DNA of 64,000 nucleotides, taken from assembly GCA_000091205.1 (NCBI GenBank), contig AP006502.2; one strand, given 5' to 3'. The position numbers and the translations under genes are program-made. The notes beneath the pieces were generated by a model. The model did no database searches and had not been told where the DNA came from. It saw nothing but the letters and a program-made list of their open reading frames with translations. How positions within the stretch are numbered: position 1 is the first letter of the stretch; every line of letters starts with the position of its first letter. The DNA is from Cyanidioschyzon merolae. Taxonomy: Eukaryota. Shown here piece after piece: positions 34,969 to 46,037 of this stretch.

Positions 34969-36486
34969 TCACGACTGCGCGTTTTCGGAGGCCGCGATTG
35001 CAATCCGCGAATCGAAATCCATATACTGAATCATTCGCGGCTTCGGCAGCGTGACAATGCGTCGGCAGGGGAAACAGCGCGTCGAGCGGTCTGCTTCCTG
35101 TTCCGTTTCCGAATCCGCCGAAGCGCCCTCGAGTCGGGCTAGGCGCTCGCTGAGAGCCCGTTCTGCCGTTGTATCCTCTGCCAGGTGCGCATGTATCCAG
35201 CGCAACGTCGCCAGCTGGGTATGGCCCTCCGCCCGAACACGACGACAATCTGCGGCAAAGTCCTCCCCAAACCATTCAAATAGCCGAGATAATTGAATTG
35301 ACGATTTGGCCTGTAACGGAATAAAAACCTGGCGGGGATTCAGAAGAAACGACGTCGTCGCTGCATCCAAGTCGCATTCCCAACGCGACAAATGAACGCA
35401 GCGAGGTAACGGACTCGAACGAGCGCCCCAGTGCAAAACGAAATGCACTCGCGGTTCACAGACGGAAACCAGGAGCGGAGCAAAACGTTCCTGGTCCTTG
35501 CCTAGCGATTGCCGGCACCCGAAGCGAATCACCTGGTCCCGCAAATCCTCCAGCGTCATGAGCTCCCCACACAGGACGAAATGCGTACGACGCAGGAGCT
35601 CCATGGCGTCCGGGAAACGAGACGATTTCGCGGTGCCGCGTAGTTTCAGCTCCTGAATGACCGCCTGGATCACCATTCCGTTGAAGATGTTACAGTAAAA
35701 GGCCAGCTTCTGGCCGTCATCGGCGAGCGAGTCATCAGGACGACGGCACCACGCAAGCAGGGAGGCCAATGTGAGCCACTCGGGAAAACATGGGTCCGCG
35801 AACACCGCCTCGTAGCGTAGACCGTAATCCGCGTAGTCTTCGACGGGAAGCGCGACCTGCAGCAGCGCGTCCAGCACACGCTCAGTCTCGAGGGCCAGGG
35901 TGCGTGCGGGATACCGCGCGCTCCGGCGCAGACTCTCCGGAAGTCGCAACAGCGTATTCAACGAACACTCGCTTTCATTCTGCATAAAGTGGACGACGCC
36001 GTAGTCGGGCGCATCTGCAAGGCCTGCCACGCCCGAGGCTGTCGGATGCCCGTTCACACCGGTTTCCGGTGGCGAGCGCAGAGGCGAGGCCACCAGAACC
36101 CCGTACGCCACCAGTCGCTGCAGAACGCGCTCCAGAGCAGCGTTCTTATCTTCAAGCGTGTCAGTTGCCGAAACACTCGCGTCTTTGACAGGTGACGAGA
36201 AAGAAGTTTCTAGCGCGTCTCGGGTCGCACTGTGCTCATCAAGCCAAGTGGTCTCTTCGTGCAACCAGGTCTCGACGTGTGCGCGCGTGATCCAGGTTGG
36301 CCCTTTACGAGACGAAACTGTCACATGACGTGCAAAACTTGGCAACGACTGACGCACCCCACCGATATTCCCGAATAAAAGTCCGAACACGGCAGCGTGT
36401 AGACGAACGAGGCTCTCGGAGAGAATCGAGGCGCTGTTGCTGGTGCTCGGTGGACGCGGCGTTGACACCGGCGGCGTGCGCATCAC
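34969..36486 (-). CDS. DUF547-domain protein (function unknown)
   Basis: ...QKLAFYCNIFNGMVIQAVIQELKLRGTAKS... resembles the DUF547 core (LAFWINvYNALvmHa.i..g). No other recognised domain. The reading frame and boundaries are plausible but unconfirmed. Confidence 0.45.
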   Translation of the reverse strand: MMRTPPVSTPRPPSTSNSASILSESLVRLHAAVFGLLFGNIGGVRQSLPSFARHVTVSSRKGPTWITRAHVETWLHEETTWLDEHSATRDALETSFSSPVKDASVSATDTLEDKNAALERVLQRLVAYGVLVASPLRSPPETGVNGHPTASGVAGLADAPDYGVVHFMQNESECSLNTLLRLPESLRRSARYPARTLALETERVLDALLQVALPVEDYADYGLRYEAVFADPCFPEWLTLASLLAWCRRPDDSLADDGQKLAFYCNIFNGMVIQAVIQELKLRGTAKSSRFPDAMELLRRTHFVLCGELMTLEDLRDQVIRFGCRQSLGKDQERFAPLLVSVCEPRVHFVLHWGARSSPLPRCVHLSRWECDLDAATTSFLLNPRQVFIPLQAKSSIQLSRLFEWFGEDFAADCRRVRAEGHTQLATLRWIHAHLAEDTTAERALSERLARLEGASADSETEQEADRSTRCFPCRRIVTLPKPRMIQYMDFDSRIAIAASENAQS

Positions 36487-38121
36487 AAGTCTACAAGCCT
36501 GGTGTACTGTAGCGATTGCTTGACACTACCAACGCCTCTAAACCGACTGAAAATGTTTCGTAACTACAGAATCGTTTGAAGGCCGCACGTATCTAAACTA
36601 GAAGGGAAAATGAATGTTGACATGCGTGTCGCATTTTCCGTTTCGCGCCGCGACACGCATCTGGGGCACCGACGGATGGACACGTGTCCCCGGCCAGGCG
36701 CTGGATCGCTGGCACCAGGCCTCCGCGGTATATGGCATCGTGGGCTGCCACGCTCTCGTTCGCCGTTTGTTTAGGGAAATAATTTCCGGTATCCATGTAG
36801 GTTGGCTGCGTCTGCATAGATGGATTGGTGCACTGCTTCGTTCCGGGTTCTTGCTTCAATGTGTATTCCCTGTCCTGTGTCTTCTGGGCCCTGATTATTT
36901 TTACATCGAAAGTGTTCAGCGATAGATCACAGCTTACGTTCAGCGTACCGTACGATTCCATGGATATTTCGCTGGACACCGAGGCGCTGGTCGCTTCGGA
37001 CGAACCACACATTACCTGTTATTCATTGAAGTGCTCAAGTCGAGGTAGGGAAAGTGCCTGCGTGCATCGTTGCTTTTGGAATCGCGCGATAGCAAGCTTC
37101 TCACCATCGATTGTCTCGCTAGCGGACGCTCGGTTATACAACCGCACACGAATCTCGTGCTGCTCCACCTCTGTTTTAGGCTCGTATCGTTTACCTACTT
37201 CAGCGCGCGCCTGTGCTCGTGATGTGTGGATGTCGTCCTGGACGCATCGATGGGAATTGTGCAGCTTGGACTCCTGCACTCGTTGAGCGCTTTCATAGCG
37301 GCAGCAGGATTGCGGCCCTTGGAAGCCAAACCACGACTAGCGCCGTAGGCGACAACCAGACCACGTGACATATCGGTTGTTTCGCTTTCCAACTTTACGA
37401 GCAAGTTCAGGAATGCACGCTTCGTACTTCAGTGCAGTTGAAATCGTTACCGACCTCAGCATTGCTTCGTGTACTCCTGTGAAAGATCGTCTGCTTGAGG
37501 CATTTGGAAGGTGATCTGCGCTCTGTATGAAGCGCACAAAAACATTCTCCTGTGCGCGATACGGCGTTGAGCGCATCCAGATGCGTCCGAACGCCGTCGT
37601 TCCTCTTGTTGGCCTCGCTCTTGGCCTCCAGTATACCCAAGTTTGGATCATATCAGTTTAGGAAAAAGTTGATTAGCTTCATCAGCTTTCCTTTTCAGCT
37701 CATTGGTTCCGTCGATTTGATTTAATGCTACGGTGACGGTGACGTCGCATCGAATCTGGGAAGCAGCGAACGTACGCTATCGACAAGATAGCGATGCAAC
37801 GAGGAGCGAGCTCCCCCGGCTTATCACGAGTCCAGCGCCTCTTATTCTCTGCCAGTACCTGCGCATGCCCCGAAGCGTGACGGGAAAGTGTTCGCAGCAA
37901 ACGCTGGTCAATACAGGTCACTCGTCTAAGTGCCACAAGTGTCAGCATTGAGCGATCATCGTCATTGGCACGCGTACGGCGTCAACCAAGTGCACTACGC
38001 AAACGGACCGGTTACGCAGTGACCGCCAGCAGCTGAGCAGTCCCTGAGCCACGCCCATACGTTCTTCGACCTGTCTGCGACGTTTGGCAACCAGCGGGTG
38101 ACGCATCCCGTTGTAGCCTGG

Positions 38122-38700
38122 TTAGGGTTCGCGACCGAGCCATTCCTGCTCATAGGTTTGCAGGGCGGCTCGCTCTACTTCTTCTTGGAATAGGCGACCG
38201 GTGCCTTCACAGTGATTGCACGGGACGTATCCACTGCGTCCACAAAGGCGACAAGGCACGGTGCCGTCCGGGCTTTTCCTATTCGGCAAGGTTCCGAGCG
38301 CTAAACACTGACCGCAGACGAGTTTTCCACGTCCTGAGCAGTATGGACACTGCATGCGCTCTCGCGCCCGCGTCTGTGCCAGCTCCAGGGTGAGCAGTGT
38401 GCCCAACACGCCGATGCTTCCACCAGCAAAAGCTGAGGCCAGCTCCTGGATGCCGATCGCCAGCAGGGCCCTACACAGCAACGCTCCCGACGTCCTGCGT
38501 CGAGTAGAACGCACTTTTCGGCACAATACGAAGCGTTTCGCATGCTCTGTACGGCAGAACGTCCCAGATGCTGCAGCAGAACCGCGGCGGTGTCGGTACC
38601 CCAGCAGTGCAGCAGTCGTTGAAGCTGGCCTCAGTGTCGGGAGTGCCTGACACTGGTATAGGAGAAGCTGCGCACTTTTCGAGCCAGGCGAGCAGGCCAT
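38122..38700 (-). CDS. DnaJ-type zinc-finger (CxxCxGxG repeats) protein with a predicted TM segment; BSD2/LQY1-like class
   Basis: CPYCSGRGKLVCGQCLALG...VPCRLCGRSGYVPCNHCEGTG contains four CxxC(xGxG) units, as in the DnaJ cysteine-rich domain. The preceding LLAIGIQELASAFAGGSIGVLGTLLTL is hydrophobic. Confidence 0.55.
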   Translation of the reverse strand: MACSPGSKSAQLLLYQCQALPTLRPASTTAALLGYRHRRGSAAASGTFCRTEHAKRFVLCRKVRSTRRRTSGALLCRALLAIGIQELASAFAGGSIGVLGTLLTLELAQTRARERMQCPYCSGRGKLVCGQCLALGTLPNRKSPDGTVPCRLCGRSGYVPCNHCEGTGRLFQEEVERAALQTYEQEWLGREP

Positions 38701-38950
38701 TCACGCACAAGTCTAGGCAGCTTCAGACACCTTGGCAACGTCTGAGGCAGGTCTGCAAGCGTACACGACCGGCGACGACAACTCGGCACCAGCAGTGAGC
38801 GCAGTTCTTGCGTTGAACGTTCCGCCGCCATTGCCGGTTTTTTTTGACCAGCACTAGCGCTGGACACAAGTTCGTCGACGACCTGGCGCACTGACACCAT
38901 CAGTTACATCGAAGCGATCGATCCCTTTTTCATTATGTTGTAGAAATCTA

Positions 38951-39415
38951 TTGAAAATTGTCGACTTCATGAGTTCTGGCAATACCTTGGCACCGCGTCT
39001 GTCGAGGAGCACCCCGCCTGTCTGCGAGCCAGGCGACGGGAAAGCGCAGCGCAACTGCGGTGTGCGTTTCTTGCGGCAACTCTGGTATTGTTGCTGCCCA
39101 CCGAACGAGTTTGCTATCGGTCGTGATATTCTGGCGCTAGAGCGCACCTTTTTGGCAACGGTTCGAACGAGCGTAACAGCGTCTTCTCTAGGCGTTGCCG
39201 TAGCCGTGCTCTTATCGTCAAGGATGGCGCGGATCATTGGAACACTCATGGTCGCCCTGAGTCAGTTTATGGTAGTGATTGCGTTATGGAGGTTTACTGT
39301 TCAGAGTGCGTCGTTGGGGCAGCGCTCCTTCTCGCCAGACACCGTTCTGCCCTGGTTCATCGTTGTCTTACTGGGCACTGCACTTGTTCTGTCGATCGTG
39401 GTCGTATTCAGATGA
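38951..39415 (+). CDS. DUF202-family small membrane protein
   Basis: ...NEFAIGRDILALERTFLATVRTSVTASSLGVAVAVLL... matches the DUF202 signature (NERT.LAw.RTsLa...G.ai). It is followed by further TM helices (IIGTLMVALSQFMVVIALW; VLPWFIVVLLGTALVLSIVVVF). Confidence 0.45.
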   Translation: MKIVDFMSSGNTLAPRLSRSTPPVCEPGDGKAQRNCGVRFLRQLWYCCCPPNEFAIGRDILALERTFLATVRTSVTASSLGVAVAVLLSSRMARIIGTLMVALSQFMVVIALWRFTVQSASLGQRSFSPDTVLPWFIVVLLGTALVLSIVVVFR

Positions 39416-40651
39416 GCGCAGTGGGCCAGCATCCTTTGTCTTTCTTATCCTATTTGGACATGATGGATTGCAGAGATTGCATCGGTGCATTGCGAGCTGC
39501 TTTACATTGGATGTTGAGAAAGTGAAACGGGACGAGGTAGGTCGCGGCATTGCAGGTGTCCAAGCTGCTGCATGTGTATATGTGTTGCCATCTAGCCGCA
39601 GGAAGCTCGTCTTCATGCATCCGTCCACGATTGACTTGTAAACAAGACATTCTAGGATCAGTCAGGAGCGCCTGCGAGACGACAAGGCGAATTAAGGTCA
39701 ACAGGAGCGAACTTCGCACTGCATCACCGAAAGTTGCGGCCTGTAGACGCGAGTATCGGGAAATCACGTTGCCGCTGAGGAGGAGCTGCTGCTCAAGCGC
39801 GGACTCGTCCACCGTTTCCGGGAACACGTCCTCAAGGAAAGCTTTTCCCAACCACAATGAAGCTTGTCGTTTCAAATGGCAGCAGGTTCCTGGTTTGGTG
39901 AAGCACACACACCAACGGCGACACTGAGCGACAAGATCGACTAGCACCTGGCCTGCGTTCGTGCTTGTGCAAAGCAGCTAGCGTTCCCCTGATTTCCCTG
40001 GAAGCTCTGCGCATTCCAGTTCGTTTCTAACCTTTCGCGAAGCGGGTTGAGACCTTGAGTTGGGCGCCTATCACACGCGAATTCGGAGTCCGTTGCGTAA
40101 AACTCGATATGTCCCGCGACACTGAGCCTCATTCACAGCACGTCCCGTCGTTGATACTCGTAGCGACGACACTTGGACTTTTATGTTTAGGCTGCGTACA
40201 ATCACGCCTGGAGCCACCTAAAGGCACTGGGCGGATACGCACTGAAAATCGTCTCAAAGTACGCGCTCCCCTGTACCATGTAGACGCCTCCTGCTGTACG
40301 GAGCTTCACACACAAGCGCACCTTCATCGCAGTCGTGACCGTCCTGCTTCCGGAGTTCTACTTGACATCGCCAGTGATTCTCAGTCGACAACCCAGGTTT
40401 TTTTCGCATTCAGAGTCGTACGAGGTTCGAAAGCACCCTGAAGATCCATCCCCCGTCGATGGTATGCCTCTCGCACTTGTGTCGCAGTGTCGCTCTCCCA
40501 GGTAGTACTCGTTCTCGCCCGCGCGTCCTCGAACCCGATTCCATAACTGCTGTTGCTCTGGCGAGCGGCTTTCGCAGTGCCGCTGCTTTCACTCTTTGCG
40601 GAGGTGCAGTTCGTATGACTCTGATAACCGACAGCCTACGTTCCTTTACTG

Positions 40652-42352
40652 ATGAACGAAAGCAGCACGCACGGGGGTCCAGGCAAAACGCAACAGAGCT
40701 CACGACGTGCGCAGGAACCCCGGCAGACTCGTTCGAGACCCAGTGTGGTAGTCTCGGGAGCCGGTTCGAGGGCGTCACGCCCGCTGCTGCGCGGCACAGA
40801 GGAAGCGGAAAAGGTAGACCATGCGCCTTTGGAATCTAGTAGAAATTCTTTGGCTTCGAAACAACCGAATAATCAGACCGCAACGCTGAGTCAAGCCACC
40901 AAGTCGAACTCGATGACCCGAGGAAGCGGGTCCACCCCGGGGCAACGACCTGCCCCGGTACACCAAAGCGCAGCACCGTCCACAGTGGCCGCAGCGGCGA
41001 GCAGTACCCGGGAGTTGTATGCGCTGCGAGCGGAAGTGGCGAAACTTCGGCTGCGCTGCGAGGAACTGGAAAACGAGCTAGCGCTGCTTCGCAAGCAAGT
41101 GAGCACAGTTGCTCTGCCGCCTGTGGCATCATCCGCGTCGACAAACACCAGTAATGCCAAGGAGTTGGCGCAGGCCTCGCAAGCACCCGCTCCAGAAGCC
41201 AGTCAGGTGGCGGCGACTGGAGCCGCTGGAACACCCGCATCTCAAACGACCGCTAGACTTGCGTCTACGTCGCGCTTGCACAACGACATCACTTGGCATA
41301 GCGAAAGCCAAGTGCTCGACTGGGCCGATGAAATGGAAACCATGGAGCTCGAGCGTCGCGGGCGAAACAGCAGCACCGAAAAGTCGGTTGTGAACGTTCC
41401 TCGCCCGACGCCCGGCACCTGGACGAGGAAGCCAGCATCGGCATCGGGTGCCGGGCCTGAAAGGCCGCCCCAGCCGCCTTTACCATCCACGCGAGATACA
41501 GGACAGCAACAACGACAACTGAGTGAAGCGCAATCATTGGAACACCCACAGAGAATCCGGCAACGTGAGCCTCGTCCGCATGGTACAGAGCAAAACCGCG
41601 AAGCGCGTCAACAGCAGCGGCGGCAGCGTCGAGAGCGTCCTTTCCAAGAGCGAACGCTTACCGCAGATGCCAAGACGCAACCACACGCGAGCAGTGCAGC
41701 GAGCAAGTCTGCGGAAGCGCCACCACCAGTCCAGAGACCGCACCGAGAGACCGTAGAGAGACCGCCAGCGTCTGCCTGGCTGTTCGCCGTTCACGCTCGA
41801 GCACAGCCGGACAAGTTGCGTTTCCTGGTATCGAGTCGCGCAGCGGGACCGGAGTCGGCACCTGATCGATTTATTTCGCTTTCGTTTAGTGTATCGCGTT
41901 GGATCAATGACCAAGCCTTTCACAAGACACTGATGCGCATGCTTCTGCAATTGTGGCGGCGTCTTGCGCCACCAGCACTCGATTCTGGAACAACGCAACA
42001 GCAACAGCAACAAATACCGCCACCCTTAGCGGAGCTGCTTCGCCAACCTGAAACGGAAGAGCAGCGCCCGCTGGATCGCCAACAGGTCTGGGCACTATGT
42101 GAGCCGGTGCTGCTCGAGGCGTGCCGCCACCCGACCCTGCTGGTACTTCTCGATTGCCACGGGCTCAACGACAAGACGAAGCAGGCTGTGCGCTTTAATG
42201 TGGCGTACTTTGTGGAGGCAGCTGCAGCTGCTCGAGAGCGCTTTGAAGCGACGTTCGCAATACCACCGCGCCTGGTGCTGGTGCTCGAAAGCTACCCCGT
42301 TCAACGGCGACCGGTTCTCGGGGGCCATCCAGTGTATCCCGTGCAATGCTAA
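40652..42352 (+). CDS. Hypothetical low-complexity (Ser/Ala/Gln/Arg/Pro-rich) protein with a short coiled-coil segment
   Basis: 566-aa ORF. LRAEVAKLRLRCEELENELALLRKQV is coiled-coil-like, and the C-terminal third is not low-complexity. No domain was recognised, so it could be a real lineage-specific gene or a GC-driven ORF. Confidence 0.35.
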   Translation: MNESSTHGGPGKTQQSSRRAQEPRQTRSRPSVVVSGAGSRASRPLLRGTEEAEKVDHAPLESSRNSLASKQPNNQTATLSQATKSNSMTRGSGSTPGQRPAPVHQSAAPSTVAAAASSTRELYALRAEVAKLRLRCEELENELALLRKQVSTVALPPVASSASTNTSNAKELAQASQAPAPEASQVAATGAAGTPASQTTARLASTSRLHNDITWHSESQVLDWADEMETMELERRGRNSSTEKSVVNVPRPTPGTWTRKPASASGAGPERPPQPPLPSTRDTGQQQRQLSEAQSLEHPQRIRQREPRPHGTEQNREARQQQRRQRRERPFQERTLTADAKTQPHASSAASKSAEAPPPVQRPHRETVERPPASAWLFAVHARAQPDKLRFLVSSRAAGPESAPDRFISLSFSVSRWINDQAFHKTLMRMLLQLWRRLAPPALDSGTTQQQQQQIPPPLAELLRQPETEEQRPLDRQQVWALCEPVLLEACRHPTLLVLLDCHGLNDKTKQAVRFNVAYFVEAAAAARERFEATFAIPPRLVLVLESYPVQRRPVLGGHPVYPVQC

Positions 42353-42621
42353 CAGGACGCAAAGCCCAGCGCTGTGTGTCTCTGTCTGTTTTCGGGGCCG
42401 GGTTTCACGTAGAGACGCGGGGCGCCCTGCTCCCGAACAGTTTCGATACGAGCTGCGTACCTGTGTGCATCACGTATACGTAGGTACACACGACCGCTAT
42501 TCTGGTGATTGCGTTCATTTCATTTTCCTCTTTTCGCCGTTCGCTTAAACCTCTGTCTATGCGAGCAAGCGGCCATCATCATAGAAAGCGCTCCCGATAT
42601 ATACCAGAGCGAGGCGTACTC

Positions 42622-42644
42622 ACACACACACACACACACACACA
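42622..42644. repeat. (CA)11 microsatellite
   Basis: cacacacacacacacacacacac. Confidence 0.9.
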
Positions 42645-42944
42645 CTCGGACGCTACTCGGTGTCATGACAGGAAGCACCGGGACTGGACGAACTGGACCT
42701 ATCCCCGGCAGCTGTTGCGATCACGACGATCGCGTACAGCTCCAGCATCAGCGCGACAAGGCCGAAAACGACAACGTCCGACGAGGACGTATCCTGCCAG
42801 CTACGTCTAGACCAGGACGTGACCTGCATTGCCGCTGGAAACGTGGGACCTATTGGATTCGCATTGACAGGAGCACGCTCAAATCAGCGCATTAGAAGCG
42901 GAAAAGGAACGGCAAAGGAGGCAAAGAGCCTCGAGCAACTTTTC

Positions 42945-42975
42945 AGCACAGCACAGCACAGCACAGCACAGCGTT
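42945..42975. repeat. (CACAG)6 pentanucleotide microsatellite
   Basis: cagcacagcacagcacagcacagcacagcg. Confidence 0.9.
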
Positions 42976-43153
42976 TGCGCTTTGTGGACCTGCTCTCCGT
43001 ACGCTTCAGGCATCTTCGCTAGGAGCACGTATACTGAAGCGTCGGCTATCGTACGACGATGAAAATACCCAGCGCGCTAGTCCAGGAGCGTTCCCACGGT
43101 GCATGCCTGGAGCCATGGAGGTGATAGACGTCCTGCAGCGATTCGCTCTTCCA

Positions 43154-45538
43154 TTAGCACTTCCATCGATTTCCACAGTGTGTGCACGTCACAAACGTCG
43201 TCATCGGTTCATCTGCGGAGCGTGTTTGCATTTGGAAATAGGTGCAGGAACGTTGACCGCATTTGCCACAGCGGAACTGATCCGTACTTGCTGCTTGTGG
43301 AATACCCCTTTGTTTGTGGAAGAGCATTCGTTCAGCAATTTCCGCTTCCCGCTCCCGCGCCTGCTCTGTTTTCAACGCTTCAGCGCTCATATCCACGAGC
43401 TCCGCTGGCGACAGCTCTTGTCGCAGTAGACGCCACCGCAGGTCCGCGTTTCGCCGTAGGTTTGCTTTCAGTTCCCGATACTTGGCACTATAGTCCGGGC
43501 GGGCAAAGTCGAAAGAGAACTTTGCATTCAGCGCCCGTTCTAGTTCGATACAAAGGGAACGACACAGATTGATTGTAGCTGCGTTCACGTGCTCTGTAGG
43601 TGTTGCCTCTTCAGTTGCTGCTGCGATGAAAACGTCAGTCAGCGCTCGCACGATATCTCCGCGTTTTCCGGGCGGCAGTGGTAACGCTGACACCATTGGC
43701 TCCGTCTGCATACGGTCTGAATGCTGCTGTTGCTGCTGATCACCGTCTACCTCGGTTGCGTTGGCAGTGTTCCACGCACTCTCCAATGTCGACACAGGTC
43801 CAGCGTCGAAGGAGCCGGTCTCTGTAGCGACCTGCTGCACTGCCGCGAACGCGCCTTCACGGCCAGCCGCATCCGCTACCCCGGCAACAGACCCGTGCAC
43901 GTCCATCCTGGCGTCAGCAGTTGTATGCAGGCTAGGCCCGAGGTCGTCGGGTTGTACACGACCAGCACCATTCAACCCCGATCGCGCGTTTGTCGCATCG
44001 TTTGGAGCGGCGAGCAGTTCGGAACCCGAGCTACTCGGATCGCGCGTTTGAAGCCGCTCGGACTCGCCAGTCGGCAACAGGGACGGCTCCTGCGACTCGC
44101 GCTGTGCCTCCGTAACGATGGCTTTCCATTTGCTGATAATCTCCTCGGCAAGCCGCCCGATCACTGCACTCTTCCCGTGAAGGCTCCTGCCGAGCGTCTT
44201 GATGGGCTTCCCAGCTCGACTCGTTCGAAGAACCTCCAGCGTTACCTGATATCGCAGTAATTCCGCAAGCTGAAGGGCGATTCTTCGCTCCTCGAGCTCA
44301 AAGGCCTCGGCGGCTCGCGCAGCGGCCAGACGGAGATCCTCTAACTGCGCAGCACACTCGCGATATTTGCTGCACCGGTCGCTCCAGGCCTGATGCAGCT
44401 CAGAGAGCATCGCCGAACGCTCTTCCAGGCCGTGCACAACGCGTGTGAGGTCCTCAGCACCAATACTTCGTCGACTCGTGAGGCCTGTTGCACTTGCCCG
44501 AATCGCGTCAAGCGTTAACGGGGTGGGTTCCGGCGGTGCGGGCGGATACTTCTCAAGCTTGCGCTCGAGGAGAGCCAAACGCGCTTTCATCTGTGCGTTC
44601 TGCTGGCGCAGTGCAGCCAGCTGACGACTGTGTTCGGTTCGGCTCGCTCCAGTGCCGTGACTGGAGCTTCCGGCTCCACGACTACGTTCCGCCATGCGCA
44701 CTTGCTGAGCATTCCCGGTACCTAGGGAGCCTGGTGAGGCTCCCGCCGGCCCACTGGCAGTCCCAGAAGAGATGCCGTCGGACAGAGGCGTCCACTCGGT
44801 GCCGGTGGACGACTTGCGTTTGTGTGCCCGTCGCTTGTTCGGGTCGTGAGAGCGATCCAGCGCTCTGCGCTCAGCGGTACTCTCGGATGAGGCTTCGTCG
44901 ATTCGTGCGGGGTACGCGTCACGACACTTGGCACTGCCGTCGTCGCCCTCCGAGAGGTCATGCTCTGGCTCGGATACGGCATACTCGCTGGAACTCGCAG
45001 CAGTCTCGGTTCCATCGGAGTCCTCCGCTGGTATCTTGCGTCTCTGCTTTAGGCGCCTCCGCGTAGCCGTGGCCTCGCTTGGGTCCGAGTCCAGAAACCC
45101 AGCACGCTTGTCACTGGTCGCGTGGTCCGCTGCTGCCGCAGACGCTGTCGAAGCGGGAGCCACACGAGCACCACGCAGCGTCGACGCTGCTTCCGTCAGT
45201 GCAGCATCCGTAGCAGCGGCATCCGTTGTAGCAGCTGTCACGGTTTGCATGGCTGCTGTGCTCAACGCGCCCTCTTCAATTGCCTCGGCTATAGCCTTCC
45301 GCACTGCATCGTAGAAGCGGTGCGTTGGTTTCACGCACTTGTCCATGTTCTCCGCGAACGCGACCAGGTTCTCCCGTGTCACCCAGGCATGCTGACTATC
45401 GTTAAAAAAGTTGACATTAAAGCGATTCCCTTTCCGGTGGTTCCCTTTAGCGTCAGGCGCGATGACACCCGGCCACCAGGGGTACGACGGGAGCTTCGCC
45501 CACACGAACGCGCCGAGGTACGGCTCCCAGTCGGACAT
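43154..45538 (-). CDS. PWWP-domain protein with TFIIS central domain and C-terminal TFIIS-type zinc ribbon (transcription elongation/chromatin factor)
   Basis: N-terminus MSDWEPYLGAFVWAKLPSYPWWPGVIAPD is a literal PWWP motif. In the C-terminal half, ...YRELKANLRRNADLRWRLLRQELSPAELVDMSAEALKTEQ... matches TFIIS domain II. The final CGKCGQRSCTYFQMQTRSADEPMTTFVTCTHCGNRWK is the TFIIS C4 zinc ribbon, including the acidic RSADEP loop. Confidence 0.75.
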   Translation of the reverse strand: MSDWEPYLGAFVWAKLPSYPWWPGVIAPDAKGNHRKGNRFNVNFFNDSQHAWVTRENLVAFAENMDKCVKPTHRFYDAVRKAIAEAIEEGALSTAAMQTVTAATTDAAATDAALTEAASTLRGARVAPASTASAAAADHATSDKRAGFLDSDPSEATATRRRLKQRRKIPAEDSDGTETAASSSEYAVSEPEHDLSEGDDGSAKCRDAYPARIDEASSESTAERRALDRSHDPNKRRAHKRKSSTGTEWTPLSDGISSGTASGPAGASPGSLGTGNAQQVRMAERSRGAGSSSHGTGASRTEHSRQLAALRQQNAQMKARLALLERKLEKYPPAPPEPTPLTLDAIRASATGLTSRRSIGAEDLTRVVHGLEERSAMLSELHQAWSDRCSKYRECAAQLEDLRLAAARAAEAFELEERRIALQLAELLRYQVTLEVLRTSRAGKPIKTLGRSLHGKSAVIGRLAEEIISKWKAIVTEAQRESQEPSLLPTGESERLQTRDPSSSGSELLAAPNDATNARSGLNGAGRVQPDDLGPSLHTTADARMDVHGSVAGVADAAGREGAFAAVQQVATETGSFDAGPVSTLESAWNTANATEVDGDQQQQQHSDRMQTEPMVSALPLPPGKRGDIVRALTDVFIAAATEEATPTEHVNAATINLCRSLCIELERALNAKFSFDFARPDYSAKYRELKANLRRNADLRWRLLRQELSPAELVDMSAEALKTEQAREREAEIAERMLFHKQRGIPQAASTDQFRCGKCGQRSCTYFQMQTRSADEPMTTFVTCTHCGNRWKC

Positions 45539-46037
45539 AGCTCAGTTTCCAACGAGACCGTTCGTGAACCCTGTTGTTATTGATTGAGGAGCACAAGCAC
45601 CGGATCAAAAGGCACAACGGGAAAACGTGCACTTGAAGCAACGCCAGACCCCGGCGCGTACTCGAAGCACCACAGCGGCAGTACAAGTCGAACGCGTTCG
45701 TGCAGGTCGTCGACACAGCGCGCTGCCGTGCCTGGGCGACGTTGCCCTAGCGGCCGTGCGGTATGCCCAGCGTCGCAGGTAACAGCAAGCAAGCACTTGT
45801 TCTTCGCTCTGGGACTGTTAAGACTGCCCTGCTGATCGGAGAGACGGTGTTCAGGGCGCTGCTGGGCTTCGTTCGTGGCCGCAGTGTGACTTGCGTACCG
45901 CACCCGACCAGTGCGCTAGCGCAGGAGGCTGCATCGTTGTTGACTCGCGTGCAGGGCGCACGCTCGACGACCCAGGAGCTACGAAGCGGGACGCTGCTGT
46001 CTAAGCGAAAACGGTCAACGTTTCCGAACGTTCTGCT

